From assembly GCA_030704615.1 (NCBI GenBank), contig CM060734.1, forward strand, positions 55,676,001 to 55,740,000: a stretch of DNA of 64,000 bases. Direction: 5' to 3'. Both the position numbers and the translations under genes were made by a program. Position 1 is the stretch's first letter. Every line of letters starts with the position of its first letter. Below, in pieces: positions 36,481 through 49,171 of this stretch. Below the pieces are notes generated by a model. It was given only the letters and a program-made list of their open reading frames with translations. It was not told the origin of the DNA and made no database searches. The DNA is from Takakia lepidozioides (taxonomy: Eukaryota > Plantae > Bryophyta).

Positions 36481-38313
36481 CGTGGATGGAGTTACATACA
36501 TGTCTCTCAACGTTTGTCACTAAATTGACACTTGTGAAACAAGTGTGGAGTAATTTCAGATAAATATTTTCTACATATGTATGATAGTGCAATTTCATCT
36601 ATGTGTGTACCAATTTATTTTTATTTTGTTAAGTTGTTTCATGAAACATAACGTTTGGCAACATATACAATAATATGTGGGGGTGTCCTTTATTTATTTT
36701 GGGAATGTTGTTATGTATATAATGTGATTTTGTTGTTGAACATTGGACAAATGAGCACTTGGATTGTCATCCGTTTGTTGTATTTGTGGATTATGTGTAG
36801 TATATAGATTGGCTTACACTATATTTTTTTGATAAATACTTTAAATGGTTTACTACTTGTTTATGTGATTTTTCAAAAGTAGGTCTCGATACCAAGAATA
36901 AGTTTGCTTTATCATGAAAAGAAATATTAGGATTTTTCAGTGATAATGTTAATTAAAAAACATACAGAAATCTATTTGTGTAGCGCGCAACTCCAAGAGA
37001 AATGGAACATATAATGGATATGCTTCGGATTTAACAACAAAAAGTGGAATTCCAATTGGGGACTCATCTAGGACAAAATAACTTGACCAAACATCAAAGA
37101 TAAATGTGGGGGTTTTATTTTTTCAAAATGAATTTGGCAAGTAACCGACATAGTACTGAAAGTAGATGCATGCTAACCTCAATTTACTATTTACTATATA
37201 GATGTTGCTACTCAAGAGTATATAAAACCTTTGAAAACTGCTCGATGCATGATTGCTCAATCCTTGCCTAGAAAATCTATATGTAGGACCTAGAACCCTC
37301 AACCTGACCTCTTGGTGATATCCCTTATAAACATATTAATTACATATGTGCACATATTTGATGTTGTATAAATTCAGTGCAGAGGCATATCGTGTCATAA
37401 TGAAATACAGACCAGTGTGTTGGAGATGTAATTTTGAGCAGAAAATTTGGCCTTCAATACAGAGAGCATGACATAATAATAATACGATTTAAGGTTACAG
37501 TTATCAACTACTATAATATTTTTCATCCACTTTTGGATGGGTCTCTCTCTGTTAGAGTCTCTGGGTTCGCCCTCGCCAATTTTGGCGTGTTAACTTTATG
37601 GCTCATTGGGGGGTTTTTTTTTTCCCCATCATTAATAAAAATTCGAGGGCTTCTTCCCCTCTTATTAAAATAAATAAATTAAAAAAAAATACAAGTGGGC
37701 GTAAAGCTTTGTCGGTCGGTTGTTATATCAACTAATCGTATACCAACAACATCATCCAGCTAAGAAGGTTATGATGAGGGCCAATCCACCTGTACACTTC
37801 AAGACAGAGAAAAAGAGGTGTACATAAGAGAAAAACAAGTGATGTACAACATGACCTGAAACATACGTGCCCATGCCCTGCATGGCCGCTTAGCAATGGC
37901 ACTGTTGCATCCACTACCCACCTTGCCATCTTCATATTCTCTATTTTGGTGCTCCAAACTCCAAACCAGGAACAGATGCTAAAGAGGAAGCCAAGGCAAG
38001 AGGAATCCGAAGCTCACACACTGTAAACAAAACAAATATGGCCTCCAAGCATCATTTGTTTGCGGATTTGTCATGCCTCGGAAAGGATTGAACAATTTAT
38101 GTGGCAGGATGGTCGACAATCTCCTTTCACATGCATCATAATAATTTTGCTTGAAGAGCGATAGATATATACACATATATTCTATAGGGCTCACCCCTCA
38201 AAGGAGGTTGGGTAGCGCATGAGTATGCTCAGGCCGACGTGAGCACAAGGGCATATTCCCCAAATTTTTGAGAAATTTCCAAAGCGAAATGAAATTGGCG
38301 AAACTAACAATTA

Positions 38314-38786
38314 CTAGGGTAGCCTGTGCCATTGGCCCAAGTGTCAAGTGTCATCTAAGCCCAAGTGCAACCTCCTATGTTTGCAAGTGTGTGTCCTATG
38401 TCGAGGCCTAAGTACGACCTCTAGGGTAGCCTCTACCGTTGGCCCAAGGGTCCAATGTCATCTAAGTCCAAATGCATTTTTTTTCCACAGAGCCTACGAC
38501 CAGATTTGAACCGGAGACCTTTCCCTTGATATCTCTCCTCTCGAGGCTCCAACCTTTGTCCCACGAATTCCCACTTTGCTGTTTTTCGGGCATTTCCAGC
38601 GACCCAAAGTACTTGAAAATTCCACATCTCCCACACCGTAGGTCCATAAATCACGAGACCAAGCCCGTGCACCCCTCCTCGTCGAGGGCTTTCCAATGGT
38701 ACCTAGCACCAGGGCTGGACCTCGCGGTTGGAGACATCTCAAATCTACAAAACAAAACAAAACAAACGTCTCGCTTCATATATTGA
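38314..38786 (-). mobile_element. Complete non-autonomous Helitron (473 bp)
   Basis: On the minus strand it starts A|TC (38786) and ends with a GGGCCAATGGCAC hairpin then CTAG|T (38314). Inserted at an AT dinucleotide with no TSD; homologous to 29317 onward. Confidence 0.85.
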
Positions 38787-38859
38787 TGCGAAACTAACAC
38801 ATAAAGAACAAGTAGCCCCTATATTTGAGGAACATGTTACCCTATAGGCATGGCTTTTT

Positions 38860-39145
38860 CTCAATGCGAAACCCACCGCTGCTTAGGTTTGTGCCCATAT
38901 CACATATCATTTCTCAATGTGAAATTCACCTAAACTATCATTTTTCAACGCGAAATACAGTTTGTGCCCATAACACATATCATTTCTCGAAATTCACCTA
39001 AACCATCATTTCTAACTGCGAAATGCAGTTTGTGCCCATAGCACATATCATTTCTCAATGCGAAATTCACCGAAACTATCATTTCTCAATGTGAAATGCA
39101 GTTTGTGCCCATAGCACATATCATTTCTCAATGCGAAATTCACTG
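38860..39145. repeat. Minisatellite, ~70-73-bp unit, about 3.5 copies
   Basis: TTTGTGCCCATAxCACATATCATTTCTC... at ~38888, 38961, 39029 and 39102, with an internal TCATTTCTCAATGYGAAAT sub-repeat. Confidence 0.85.
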
Positions 39146-40292
39146 CCACCGCTATAGGTTTAGGGTTTCTGGCTACACTACTGAAGGTTTCGCCTCGTTG
39201 AATTGGCGCAGATGTATCGAGTAAATGCACCAAAAACTACACCTGCTTATGGTCTGTTTTGAAAACATATAACTCCTATGACCGAGGTTAAAGAAACATA
39301 AAACTCCCATGACCGTGGGTTGTGCTTACGCAAGTGTGCTCACAGCATACCCCACCCCCCCCCCCCCCCCCCCACCCCTCACAAGGGGCAGTAGCCGCAA
39401 GGTGAAGTGGCTCTTAAGGTTGCCCTAAAAGAGTTTGGTTCCTATCCGTCAATGTCTCTTCGGTTCCTATTTATCGGTGTCTCTAAGAGAAATTGTGAGA
39501 GTTAACTAACCTACTGACAAAGAACTTGGTTGGGTCAACTTGGTGTATCAATTGTTATGCCAACAATAGCAATGATGGGAACTAAGTCGTTTGGTTAGTT
39601 ATAAAGAAAATTCCAAAGCTAGCATTTGGGTCATGGCGACTCGAAGTTCAATTGAGCTTTGATGTTTGCGCTACTATAGTAACAAGCGGCTAGCTGCGTA
39701 TGGCTCCTCTTTGTGAATAATGAAATCTACTTTCATCCATAATTAAACTTGAAAATTCATCCATTTGTTCCTCATAAGTTATTCAATACCAAAGATATAA
39801 CCTGAGAGGGTGTTATAATTACCTAGAGAAGGCACATCATGAACTAGTTTTCATCAAAGGAGAGGCGGTGACACCTGGGGAGGGCACAAAAGGGACTTAG
39901 CGATTTTTGATTTTTGATTTTTTTTGAAGAGGGACGGAGGCCTCCAGAATTTATAAATAATGGACGAAAAAGGTCCAAGAGATACAGCAGTCTAAGGGAG
40001 TGGAAAAAATAACCACTCGTGAGGGCCGTGAAGCTTACATGGGGAAACTACCCCTAGACACGAGATTTGAGATTTTGGACACCAAGTACAATCTATAAAT
40101 TCCAATGTTTACTGATAAAAGGGGGAAAAATAGATATCCCACTAACTTAGAGCCCATGGAGATTGGGTAGCATGTGCTTAGGCTCATGTTGCTATGAGCG
40201 TGCTCACGTAAGCATAAACAAATATTCGGTGTATTCCTCAACATGTTTACAGCGAAACAAAACAAAACAAAATACCAAACTTAATGTATTAA

Positions 40293-41116
40293 CCCCTAAG
40301 TTCCCAAGCCATTTTTTGACTTTTTACCAATTTTGAGTACCCAGCTGCAGTAAATTGCCCCTAGAAACCTACCAAAAATCATCCACAGATTCCAGCCTTA
40401 TAGCAATGGGCCCAGCTCATTTATGCATGACATACCAAAAAATGAGCCAAGTCCACTGTTGAGATTGTGAGATTATAGCGTTGGCCCGGACCTCAAATAT
40501 CAGGTCCCAAAGAAAAAGTGAGAAAGAAATAGGTTTGACCAAATCAAAACCTAGCTTTATCCAATTTTGCTTGCCCCAAGACCCACCATTTTCAAATCAA
40601 TAGTGGAGTGGCCATGACCCCACTACATTGCAGGTCCAACTGATTTTTTCACCTACGCTTGCTATTCATGCAATTACATGGGGGTTGAAATCTCAAAATT
40701 GACAACAGAAAATGTGCCTCCAAATGAAGTACTTTTTTTTCTACAATTTTTTTGAAAGCCAATGGTGGATGTGTGTATGTAATGCTCACACACCACAAGG
40801 TGAAGTGTTTTTTCCAAAATTGCTAATTTTCTGCCAAAAATGGCCTTTGGAGTGCAATCTGTTTTGGGCTTGTTTACCTGCCACGTCAGCGGTCAACAGC
40901 CCATTTCAGGCCCCAAAATGTAAATTAAAGATCCAAGATATTTTTTGTAAGTCGCAGCTTTTGTTTTTTTTGAATTTTGTTTTTTGCAGCATACTCGAGA
41001 CAAATCCCTTGTCATTAAAGCTTCAGGAGTGGGCCCCATCAGATTAGATCTGCAAAAATTAGGTCGACCCTGCAAATTCAAGGTGACCCGATTCAGGTCG
41101 CTTGGGAACTTAAGGG
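40293..41116. mobile_element. piggyBac-like non-autonomous element (824 bp)
   Basis: TTAA|CCCCTAAGTTCCCAAGC ... GCTTGGGAACTTAAGGG|TTAA: a 17-bp TIR with one mismatch, and TTAA duplicated at 40289-40292 and 41117-41120. Confidence 0.82.
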
Positions 41117-41120
41117 TTAA

Positions 41121-41255
41121 TATTAAGCAAGGTAATATATTTGTTTTTTTCGTCAGGTTGAGATTTCACAAACCGCAAGGCCTCCTCCGGGTTTTTAATA
41201 CCGCTGGAAAGCCCTTGATGAGTAACCTTGTGCATCGTACAGTGTGGGAGACATA
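41121..41255 (+). mobile_element. Diverged 5' fragment of the Helitron family
   Basis: CAAACCGCAAGGCC...TACCGCTGGAAAGCCCTTGATGAG...GTGTGGGAGA parallels ~29375-29480. Confidence 0.55.
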
Positions 41256-41494
41256 ATATAACGACGGTAGGACGGTACCTGGATTTGAGCCGAGTACCTT
41301 ATGGTGGGGGGAAGATACAAGCAAGATACCTTTTGTCCTGGGCTTTGTCTCAGTGGTGCTACGGGAAGAGCTCGAGTCGAGAGCTTCTCTGTCTCTCGGA
41401 TCGAGTCGTGAACTTTCTCGGGAGTTGGAGTCACAAATTTCGTAATCCATTTTCGAGAGCGCATTTGGATTAGTTGGTCGTGCCAGAATTACTG

Positions 41495-43617
41495 ATGGCT
41501 ATGGCGGGTTTGAGTGTGGCCGCGTCTTCTCATGCGATCGATGGCAGTGTGTGGCCCCGCTCTTCTTCATTGAGCGGACAAAAGGAGAGCAGATGGGCAC
41601 AGCTTCGATTGGGAGCCAGGTATGTGAAATTTCAGCTTGACCACGTTCTTTCTTCTGGGATATTTTCTTTTCGTTACTTGATGCTGGTTTGTCTCAAAGT
41701 CTCAATTCGCGATTAGAGGAATTGAGTTACCTGGCCCTTAAGGAATGGTGACTGAAAATTTTCTATCAGGGATATGTTACTGTTCGTGCCAGATAACAGC
41801 GGCTATCGTGACATTCAAAAGATCATTTAGTTTTTTGAAACTATCGATTTCGTCACGAAAGGATTGATTGTTTTCAACGCATTGCTGTTCTTTGCTGCAC
41901 CTCTTGCTTCCTGCTGTTGAGGATATGGAGATGGAGGGACCAGTCTCCTCGGACAGAGGGGATGAGAGACAAGTATGAGGATGTGAGAATTAGTCATTAC
42001 TCCGAACAGTTGTTCAAAAGAGAACGGTGGTCTATCTTCGGAGTCAGAGCCGGCTTTTGATTTTGGGTGGATCTGCACGAAGCAAATTGTGCTACAATGT
42101 GTCAACTGAGCAAGCATGTTCTCCTCTGGCCCTGTGTGCAGCAAGGAGACGGCTTGGCCTGGAGGAGCAGCAAAATGTGACCTAAATCTGCGGTGGAGGA
42201 CAGAGAGGGTCGTGTGCCAGGCGGCCAGCACAGCGCTTGAGGTGGAGCGTGGGGTTCCTGCAACTCGGAAAGTGCCAGTTCTTCCTTTCAGAGTAGGTCA
42301 TGGTTTTGATCTCCACCGCCTTGAACCAGGCTTGCCCCTCATCATTGGTGGAGTTGATATTCCTCATGATCGGGGCTGCGAGGCACATTCAGATGGTACG
42401 CCTTAACTCATGCCCTTGTTACATAAAAAACTTTACTCCTGCACACACCAACACTAGGAAGGGGAACTTGTGAATGACATTGCCATCCAGGGGGATGTAA
42501 GTGTAAGCGCATCCATCTTTGGAGGCTCTATACATGTATTGCATACTGGAAGTGGTGCATGTGGGAAGTCAGGAGATATTTCCTCCTCTGTATGGAGTGA
42601 ATTTGGGCATAATTTGGCCTCTTACACAGGGGTAGGTTGTTATATGCTGTCCAACTATAGTTTTCCTCTCTGCTGCTGAATGGGGTTGTCCACTGCTATT
42701 ATGATTTGTAGGCATATTGTTTGTTACGGGACTGGTCTGTGAGCTGTGCATCTCTTGGCACACCAGAAATGGCATGCTTTTCTCCAAACTATCAGCATAT
42801 CCTGGCTGACATCCGCAGTTGTGTGGTTGTCCAGGGGATGTACTACTGCACTGCATTGTTGATGCCATCTTGGGAGCTCTGGGCCTTCCCGACATTGGTA
42901 TGTTGTTTCCAGACAATGATCCAAAGTGGCGCGGAGCTGCTTCTTCTGTATTTGTCAAGGAGGCTGTGAGTGTCTTTTTCCTCTATCGCACGTGCCCCTC
43001 CTTACATTTCCCCAAATCCCTCTTTAACCTGATATGGAAAGGCTCTTTGTATCGAGACGTTTGGTTTCTCTATGTATTTGTTACTACTTTCTGGGGGGCT
43101 GACCTGGTGAATGGAGATTTACACCATCATTATAGAACAGAACAACCGTGCTCCAGTGTGCTTAGTGCTTTTGATATGCTATGGTGTCCATCATTCTTTC
43201 TGCTGTGATTTGTGAAGTTGATTTAGCCACAAAGACTACACAGTTAAGTATTGACAGGATGGTGGATGGGTGGAAGCATGCTCAGGTTTGAGGTCATTGA
43301 AAATTGAATGACATAGCAAATAGAGCAATATCATCAAGCAAGAGGTGTGGAAATGACTGTCAGTTTGTCATGGTGCCTGGCAGGTGAGGCGCATGAAAGA
43401 GATGGGTTACACAATTGGCAATTTGGATGCAACACTTATTTTGCAAAGACCCAAGCTAAGCCCCCACAAGGAAGCCATTCGTGCAAACCTGTGTGAATTA
43501 CTTGATGCAGATGAGTCGGTCATCAATATTAAAGCCAAAACACATGAGAAGGTGGACAGCCTGGGTGAGAACCGCAGTGTTGCTGCACACACTGTTGTGC
43601 TCCTCATGCGCACCTAA
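41495..43617 (+). CDS. ispF: 2-C-methyl-D-erythritol 2,4-cyclodiphosphate synthase (MEP pathway, plastid-targeted), 4 exons
   Basis: Exons 41495-41619, 42142-42395 ([12 protein letters not shown]...HSDG), 42835-42965 ([21 protein letters not shown]) and 43384-43617 ([12 protein letters not shown]...[12 protein letters not shown]). Confidence 0.96.
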
Positions 43618-44394
43618 AAGCTGGCACCTTTGTCTTCTCTCAATTGTACAATAATGCCATTCAATGCAGAAAATCTCCACTGCGACAAAAATTGCACTAA
43701 CTGTGTATATCTGGCTATAGGATAAGGACAGTACAATTTTACAAAACCCTGCTCACTGCTCTTTATTGAGGTTTGTGTGTGTAGAGATTTGATTTTGGGG
43801 TGCGACTTTGTCTGACCAAGTATGTAAGACTTATCCTGGTGGGTTACTTAATTATAGTCTGCGAGTCGCAGAGTAAAGCTTTAGGGTGTGCTTCTAGAAT
43901 GCAACACAAGCAGGTTGCCATTCCATCTGCCTGTCTCGTAGCAGAATATTATGAACTTGTCATGGTGAGCTTGATGCCATTTCTGTTTTGCGTAGTCTGA
44001 TTATGAAGTTAGCTTGACAAAATTTGTTGGATCTCCTTTATCTGTAACCAAAAGTTGGGTATCCAAACCACTTGCCACCGGTTCTCTGACAAGACGGTGT
44101 CGTAACCAGCACATCTGCTCGTGGAATTAACTGTATGGAAGGAGGCAAAAATGTCATGGAACTTGTTCCAGATCCAAAGTGAGCAAGTCTACAGTCTCAA
44201 ACTCTTCAGCCCAGGTGAGTGGCTGTGAGCACACGCAAATGATATTCATGGTACGGTGCACAGTCACAAATCTACACTGCAAATGTTGCAGTGCTGTGCT
44301 GAGTCTAAATCTAATTAGTGAGTTTTCATGGGGCTGTCTACACAGTATCTATGGTCTAAATGTATGGAGTTTCCAGGCCATGGGTTTGATATCA

Positions 44395-46856
44395 CTAGAG
44401 AGCAGCGAGCTGAAGAAGATTCATTGGAATGACATCAGGAGAATTGCCGGAGACGAAAAGGCTGCCAACCAGCAAGTTGCATCTGTCAGAAGGATGGAAA
44501 CGATCCCAAAACACGAACGCGGACCTGTCACTGCAATACGGTGTCGAAGGGATGCAGGGGGCTTCAGCAGCGTACAAACCTCTCCCGCAGCAAGAAACGT
44601 TTCCATAGAGGAACCCTGTACAGTTTAAGAAAGCTCTCACATTCACAAACTGATCTTAAGTCCAAGAAACTCAGTTGAACAGAAGGGTCATTAATTAAGA
44701 ACTTGGCATTGTATGATCAGTCACCTCACGATCTACCCAGCTGAGGGGATTTGCTACTGCAAGCCGACCTGCCTCCGACGCATCGTTGGGAAAATGTTAA
44801 GCATGAGACTGCTTGCAGCGGCTACAAACCTTGCTGCTGTACGTGTATGGGGTAGGAGATAGAGAAGTACCGTTTGCAACTGGGGCCTGAGAATATTCGT
44901 AGACCCTATCATAAGCATTGCCATAGACAAGGTAGAGGCCAGGGTATTTGAGCGTCATCTGACGCATGGCCACTTCCAACTTTCGGTTGTAGTTCTGGAC
45001 TATCCAGTTCGGTCCCTCGAGGCACTCGCCATTGGTGCTGTTGAGTTGCCACAACTCATACGGAAGACACCCCACTGGCCCCACAGACGTAAGAATGATC
45101 TTGCGCGCACCCAAATCGTACATGCCCTGTAACCATGCATGCACATGTACGTTGTATCATCCTTACTACTGTCACCTTCGGTAATGTTGTACGGGGTTCA
45201 ATTCAAGGAGGGGATTATAAGCATAGGCGCTCGAGCTGGTGGTGTGAGCATTTCAGCTCAGACAGAGCCTGAAGGATATTGCACAGTACACTGAAAACAC
45301 TGTTGGTCTAAACAGACCACTTGACCGCACAGTATTCAACTTTAGTGATCTTGACTCGGAGGAGAAATAGTTGCGAAATAGTGGGCCCGGGGCTTGAACA
45401 ATCACCTTGAGGTGGCGACAATAAGTATACACTAGGAGGTCTGAGAAATCCTCGGTTGAGTACATAAGGCGGGAGGCAGCGCCGGGGAGCATATAGTTGT
45501 TGATAAAGTCGTTGGAACCCAGCACCACCATATACAATGACTGGTTTAGCAGCAACTGTGCATCGTCTTGTCCCATCTGCTTTATCAGCGTCTGTTGCAC
45601 CTGCCCATAGTACTCCACCTGCTGTGACATGGGCATTCGCTCCAGCTGCAAGTGCATTCCATTTACAGGGTCAGCTACCACTCGAGATCTCTCTTATCCG
45701 ACACCGACAATAGTTCTAGTATATAATATGGGACTACCTGATAAATCCACTTCCAATAACTGTTTCTCTTTTGAACTAGAGTTCACCATGTGTGCAGGAG
45801 ATTGATCAGGAAATAAACCTGTAGGTTCTTCTGGTCAGGAATCGTTTACTTTATGCCAGTATGACATACAGATTTTCCTAAAGCTAGTGTGCCTTTCTAC
45901 ATTGTTACAAAATCCGCTTGGGGAGAGAGAGAGAGAGCTAGAGAGAATACATAGTTGTAGCCCGACTCGTCAAGAATGCCAGCAGCCCCCGATGCGAAAT
46001 TGATCCCTTTTCGCAGATCAAGGTCGAGCACCAAATGGTCCAGGTATGGTGGAGGCGGGTCTAGTCCCAAAAAATATCCTGCAAATGTTTACAATGGCAA
46101 GGACACTTCTTTCGTGTTCCATTCTGGACATTCCCCCGCAGTATTGCTCGAGCAAAGTCCAAAATTCTCAATTAGCGAAGTGAGGTGCTTGGAAATAGCA
46201 TTTGAAATATCTAACTTACCATCGACAGCCTTGCAAAATTCTTTCAATATCTAGAACAGACAAATGCAACTCTATATGCAGGTTTCGAGACTCAGTCTAT
46301 GTGACATTTGGTCAGATCAGTGCTTCCCCGAGATCGTGATTTATATAACAAAACGACTGAGCTGACATGTGATATTGCGACCATGATATCCGAGACCGTG
46401 ATGAAGAAGGCGAGGTGAGATTTAGGCGCTCCTCAATGTGAAAATTTCCCGCCACTAATTCATGCATACATCTAAAAGGTGGGTTAGTCAGATCATTGAT
46501 GTACCAACATAGTCAGACACGGTTTTCCCATTGCAGAATCGGCCAGTGGGCCATGAGGCACCATAGTCGCAACCATTGGGAGGAAAATTGGCGCGCGCCA
46601 GGGATGCCAAGTAATTGTTGTTGCCATTGTCCACCAATGAGTCCCCAAATACGAACATAGCAGGATACGGTTTCCCGCTCGCGCTGGTCCCATCAGCGCA
46701 CCATAGCATCACCAGCATGATAAGCAGGTGCTGTTGCAGCCTGATCCACCCTGACTCTTTCGTCCACCATCCAACCCCAGCCTGCAACACACAACAGAAC
46801 TGCATCCACATAGCCGTGAGAGAGAGAGGCCTGGAAGCCATTATCAAATCACCCAT
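44395..46856 (-). CDS. GDSL esterase/lipase, 5 exons
   Basis: Exons ~46856-46505 ([13 protein letters not shown]...PTGRFCNG), 46078-45951 ([12 protein letters not shown]), 45645-45406 (GSNDF), 45126-44871 (LGARK...GPVGCLP) and 44615-44395 (FWDRFHPS). The start codon is uncertain (46856 or 46841). Confidence 0.93.
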
Positions 46857-48584
46857 CAGTAGTTTCTGTTTCTTGAAGAGACGAAACAGTTCAAGAAGCA
46901 TTCAATGTACACCTCTGTACACAAAGAACACAAATGTAAGATTCTCATTACAGTGCGCATTCTAGATGTGTCTCAAACGCAAGTTTTGCTTCCGTCAGGA
47001 CTAAAAAATTTGCTTACCTTAACTTACCCACAATACAGTTGTGGTTTGACATCCGTCTTTATCTTTGTCCTCGCGAACTCTTTGCTCCACTTGACGCATA
47101 CCCTGGTCTGGACTGCCCTGCAGCCTGCTCTGATGGGATACCTTGAATCTCTGGGGCTGTGGGGATCATGAAGGCAGAGTGGTGGGTGGAAGGTCGGAGT
47201 TACAGCGAGAGACACATATTAGGAAGTTAACAGTCGTCAACCAGTATCTTTCGCTGAGTGAGTACCAACCATTGTGGTGATGATCAGTTCCAGCAAGCGG
47301 CACAAGACTCTCAAAAGTATACATGCATCGGCGACAAAGCTCGTGGATGGAACACAGAAACTTCAGACCCTCTACTACCCATAAGGCCAATTTCGAATGT
47401 AGGGAGTTTTGTGGAAGACGAACGCATTACGAACTGTAAAGAAAGCACTAGAAAACCAAACCCAAATAACGAGTGCCTTAACTCAGCCAACCAAGAATTT
47501 CTAATCTTCAGAGCAAATTTTCTCTACCAGGGATGGGCAACCTCTTGAGAAAGAGACAGTAGACATCTTCCTCTAATCTCATATGTTTAGTCTCTACTTT
47601 GTGCATGGTGGTGCAGGTGAGCCAATCCCACCACAGGACCTCTTGACAATTGCACTGCACAACACTTCTTGGGATGAAGTCTTGGCAGCTAAGCAGTCCT
47701 TCACAAGCAGATATGATCCATGACATACATGTACAGTATGATTAAGTATAATCCACACAAAGGCTAACCTAAAGATTCTCAAAGAGTTGAAAGACAAAAT
47801 GCTCTTCATTTTCCATGATGGGTATCAAACAGAACAAAATGGGTGTGAAATTGTACTCACTAAGGCTATTGTACTGATGTGAAGTTTGTGGTTTAATTTA
47901 CCACCTCAGAGTTCTAGTACTAATTGGCCAGAAATGTGACTTGTGTCGACTGTTAAGCCTCGCATGTATCTGTACATTGATGTGTTCAACATCTGAGTGT
48001 TTGGTCATGTTGGTTGAAGTTCTTCATATTCTGTCCTGTGGCAGGTTCCTTTTGTGGTTGATCGTGTGCCGCGATCACATCCAAATGTAACTTTTCCATC
48101 AAGGGACACAAAAGGAAGCACAAATACAAACATGAGGATGCAGATTCCAAAGCAGACGCAAGATATGAGCTGCATGCGAGGTGTGGAGGGGATTGAGGGG
48201 GAGGTCCTGTGCCCCCCTCTAGGTGAGGCAGCGGAGGAGGAGCTGTCGTCACAATCAGCAGCTGGGACAGCCATGGCTGGCACAACTGGTGTCGCCATAG
48301 TCCGCCAGCCGCGGCGCCAACGGTTAGCACTCCGCCGACGTTCCCTACTCATTGCTTTTGTTTCCAGAAGCTCCCCCCGCTCCCATGCCGTTCTCTTTCT
48401 TCCTGGCCGCTTCCCCACGCTTCCCTGATGTTCAACCATTCACAGTTATATTTTCAATTTGACTTTGGGTACATATCAGATTCATGAGTACAGTCACAAG
48501 CTCCACTCTCTCTCCCCAACGAAAGATACTGACGACCATTAGCTTCTTCCCATGTTTCTCTCCCTCCAATGCCAACCTGTGTTG

Positions 48585-48875
48585 CACACCTCTGTTCGCA
48601 AATCTTGAGGCCGAGCCTAAAGCCCTGGCCCTGTTGTGGGTCTTATTGCTGGGCAGCTCACACACATCAGATTGATGCTTGTGTGAAGGGGAAAGAGGAC
48701 ATCTGGGAAGCCCAAACTAATTGTTTATACAAAAATCAAGTCCCATTACGAGAATGAGCCCCTCACAAAGGTAGTGTCTGTTCCCTTTTGTTCCGCTCAA
48801 ACTGGTGCGGGGTCTATGGCCACAAGGTATTTGGTTCCATATGCGAAGTGAGGTGGTGAACCATATGAGTACATT
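48585..48875 (+). mobile_element. Degenerate 3' fragment of the RTEX-like LINE family
   Basis: CAGATTGATGCTTGTGTGAAGGG...CCGCTCAAACTGGTGCGGGGTCTATGGCCACAAGG...TATGAGTACATT matches ~4640-4915. Confidence 0.8.
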
Positions 48876-49171
48876 CTGTAATTCCAACCATCCACCCATT
48901 GCTTGACCACAGTATGTGGCCAAGTGGTGCAAAGAGTTGGCAAGGACAAAGATAAAGACAGACAGATCCCTTCAGTTCCAACTATTGTCAAAATAGCCAT
49001 AACTGTCTGTCTTGTGGCTAACTTAAGGTACGTAAATTTGAGCTAAGAAAAAACTCAATCATGTGGCACCTGACACACTGACAAACATAGCTATCACTAC
49101 ACTTGGCAGCAAAAATGCTTGCCATAATTTGTCTGACTTTGCATCATAGGGAGGTGAAGCCTTAGACCAAC

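Noticed and set aside
37730-38140. Exon-like minus-strand fragments
   Set aside because: Interrupted by stops, and I could not assign a family.
47986-48440. Overlapping 114-144 aa ORFs
   Set aside because: Low-complexity and GC-rich, with no identifiable homology to VPS15 or any other family.
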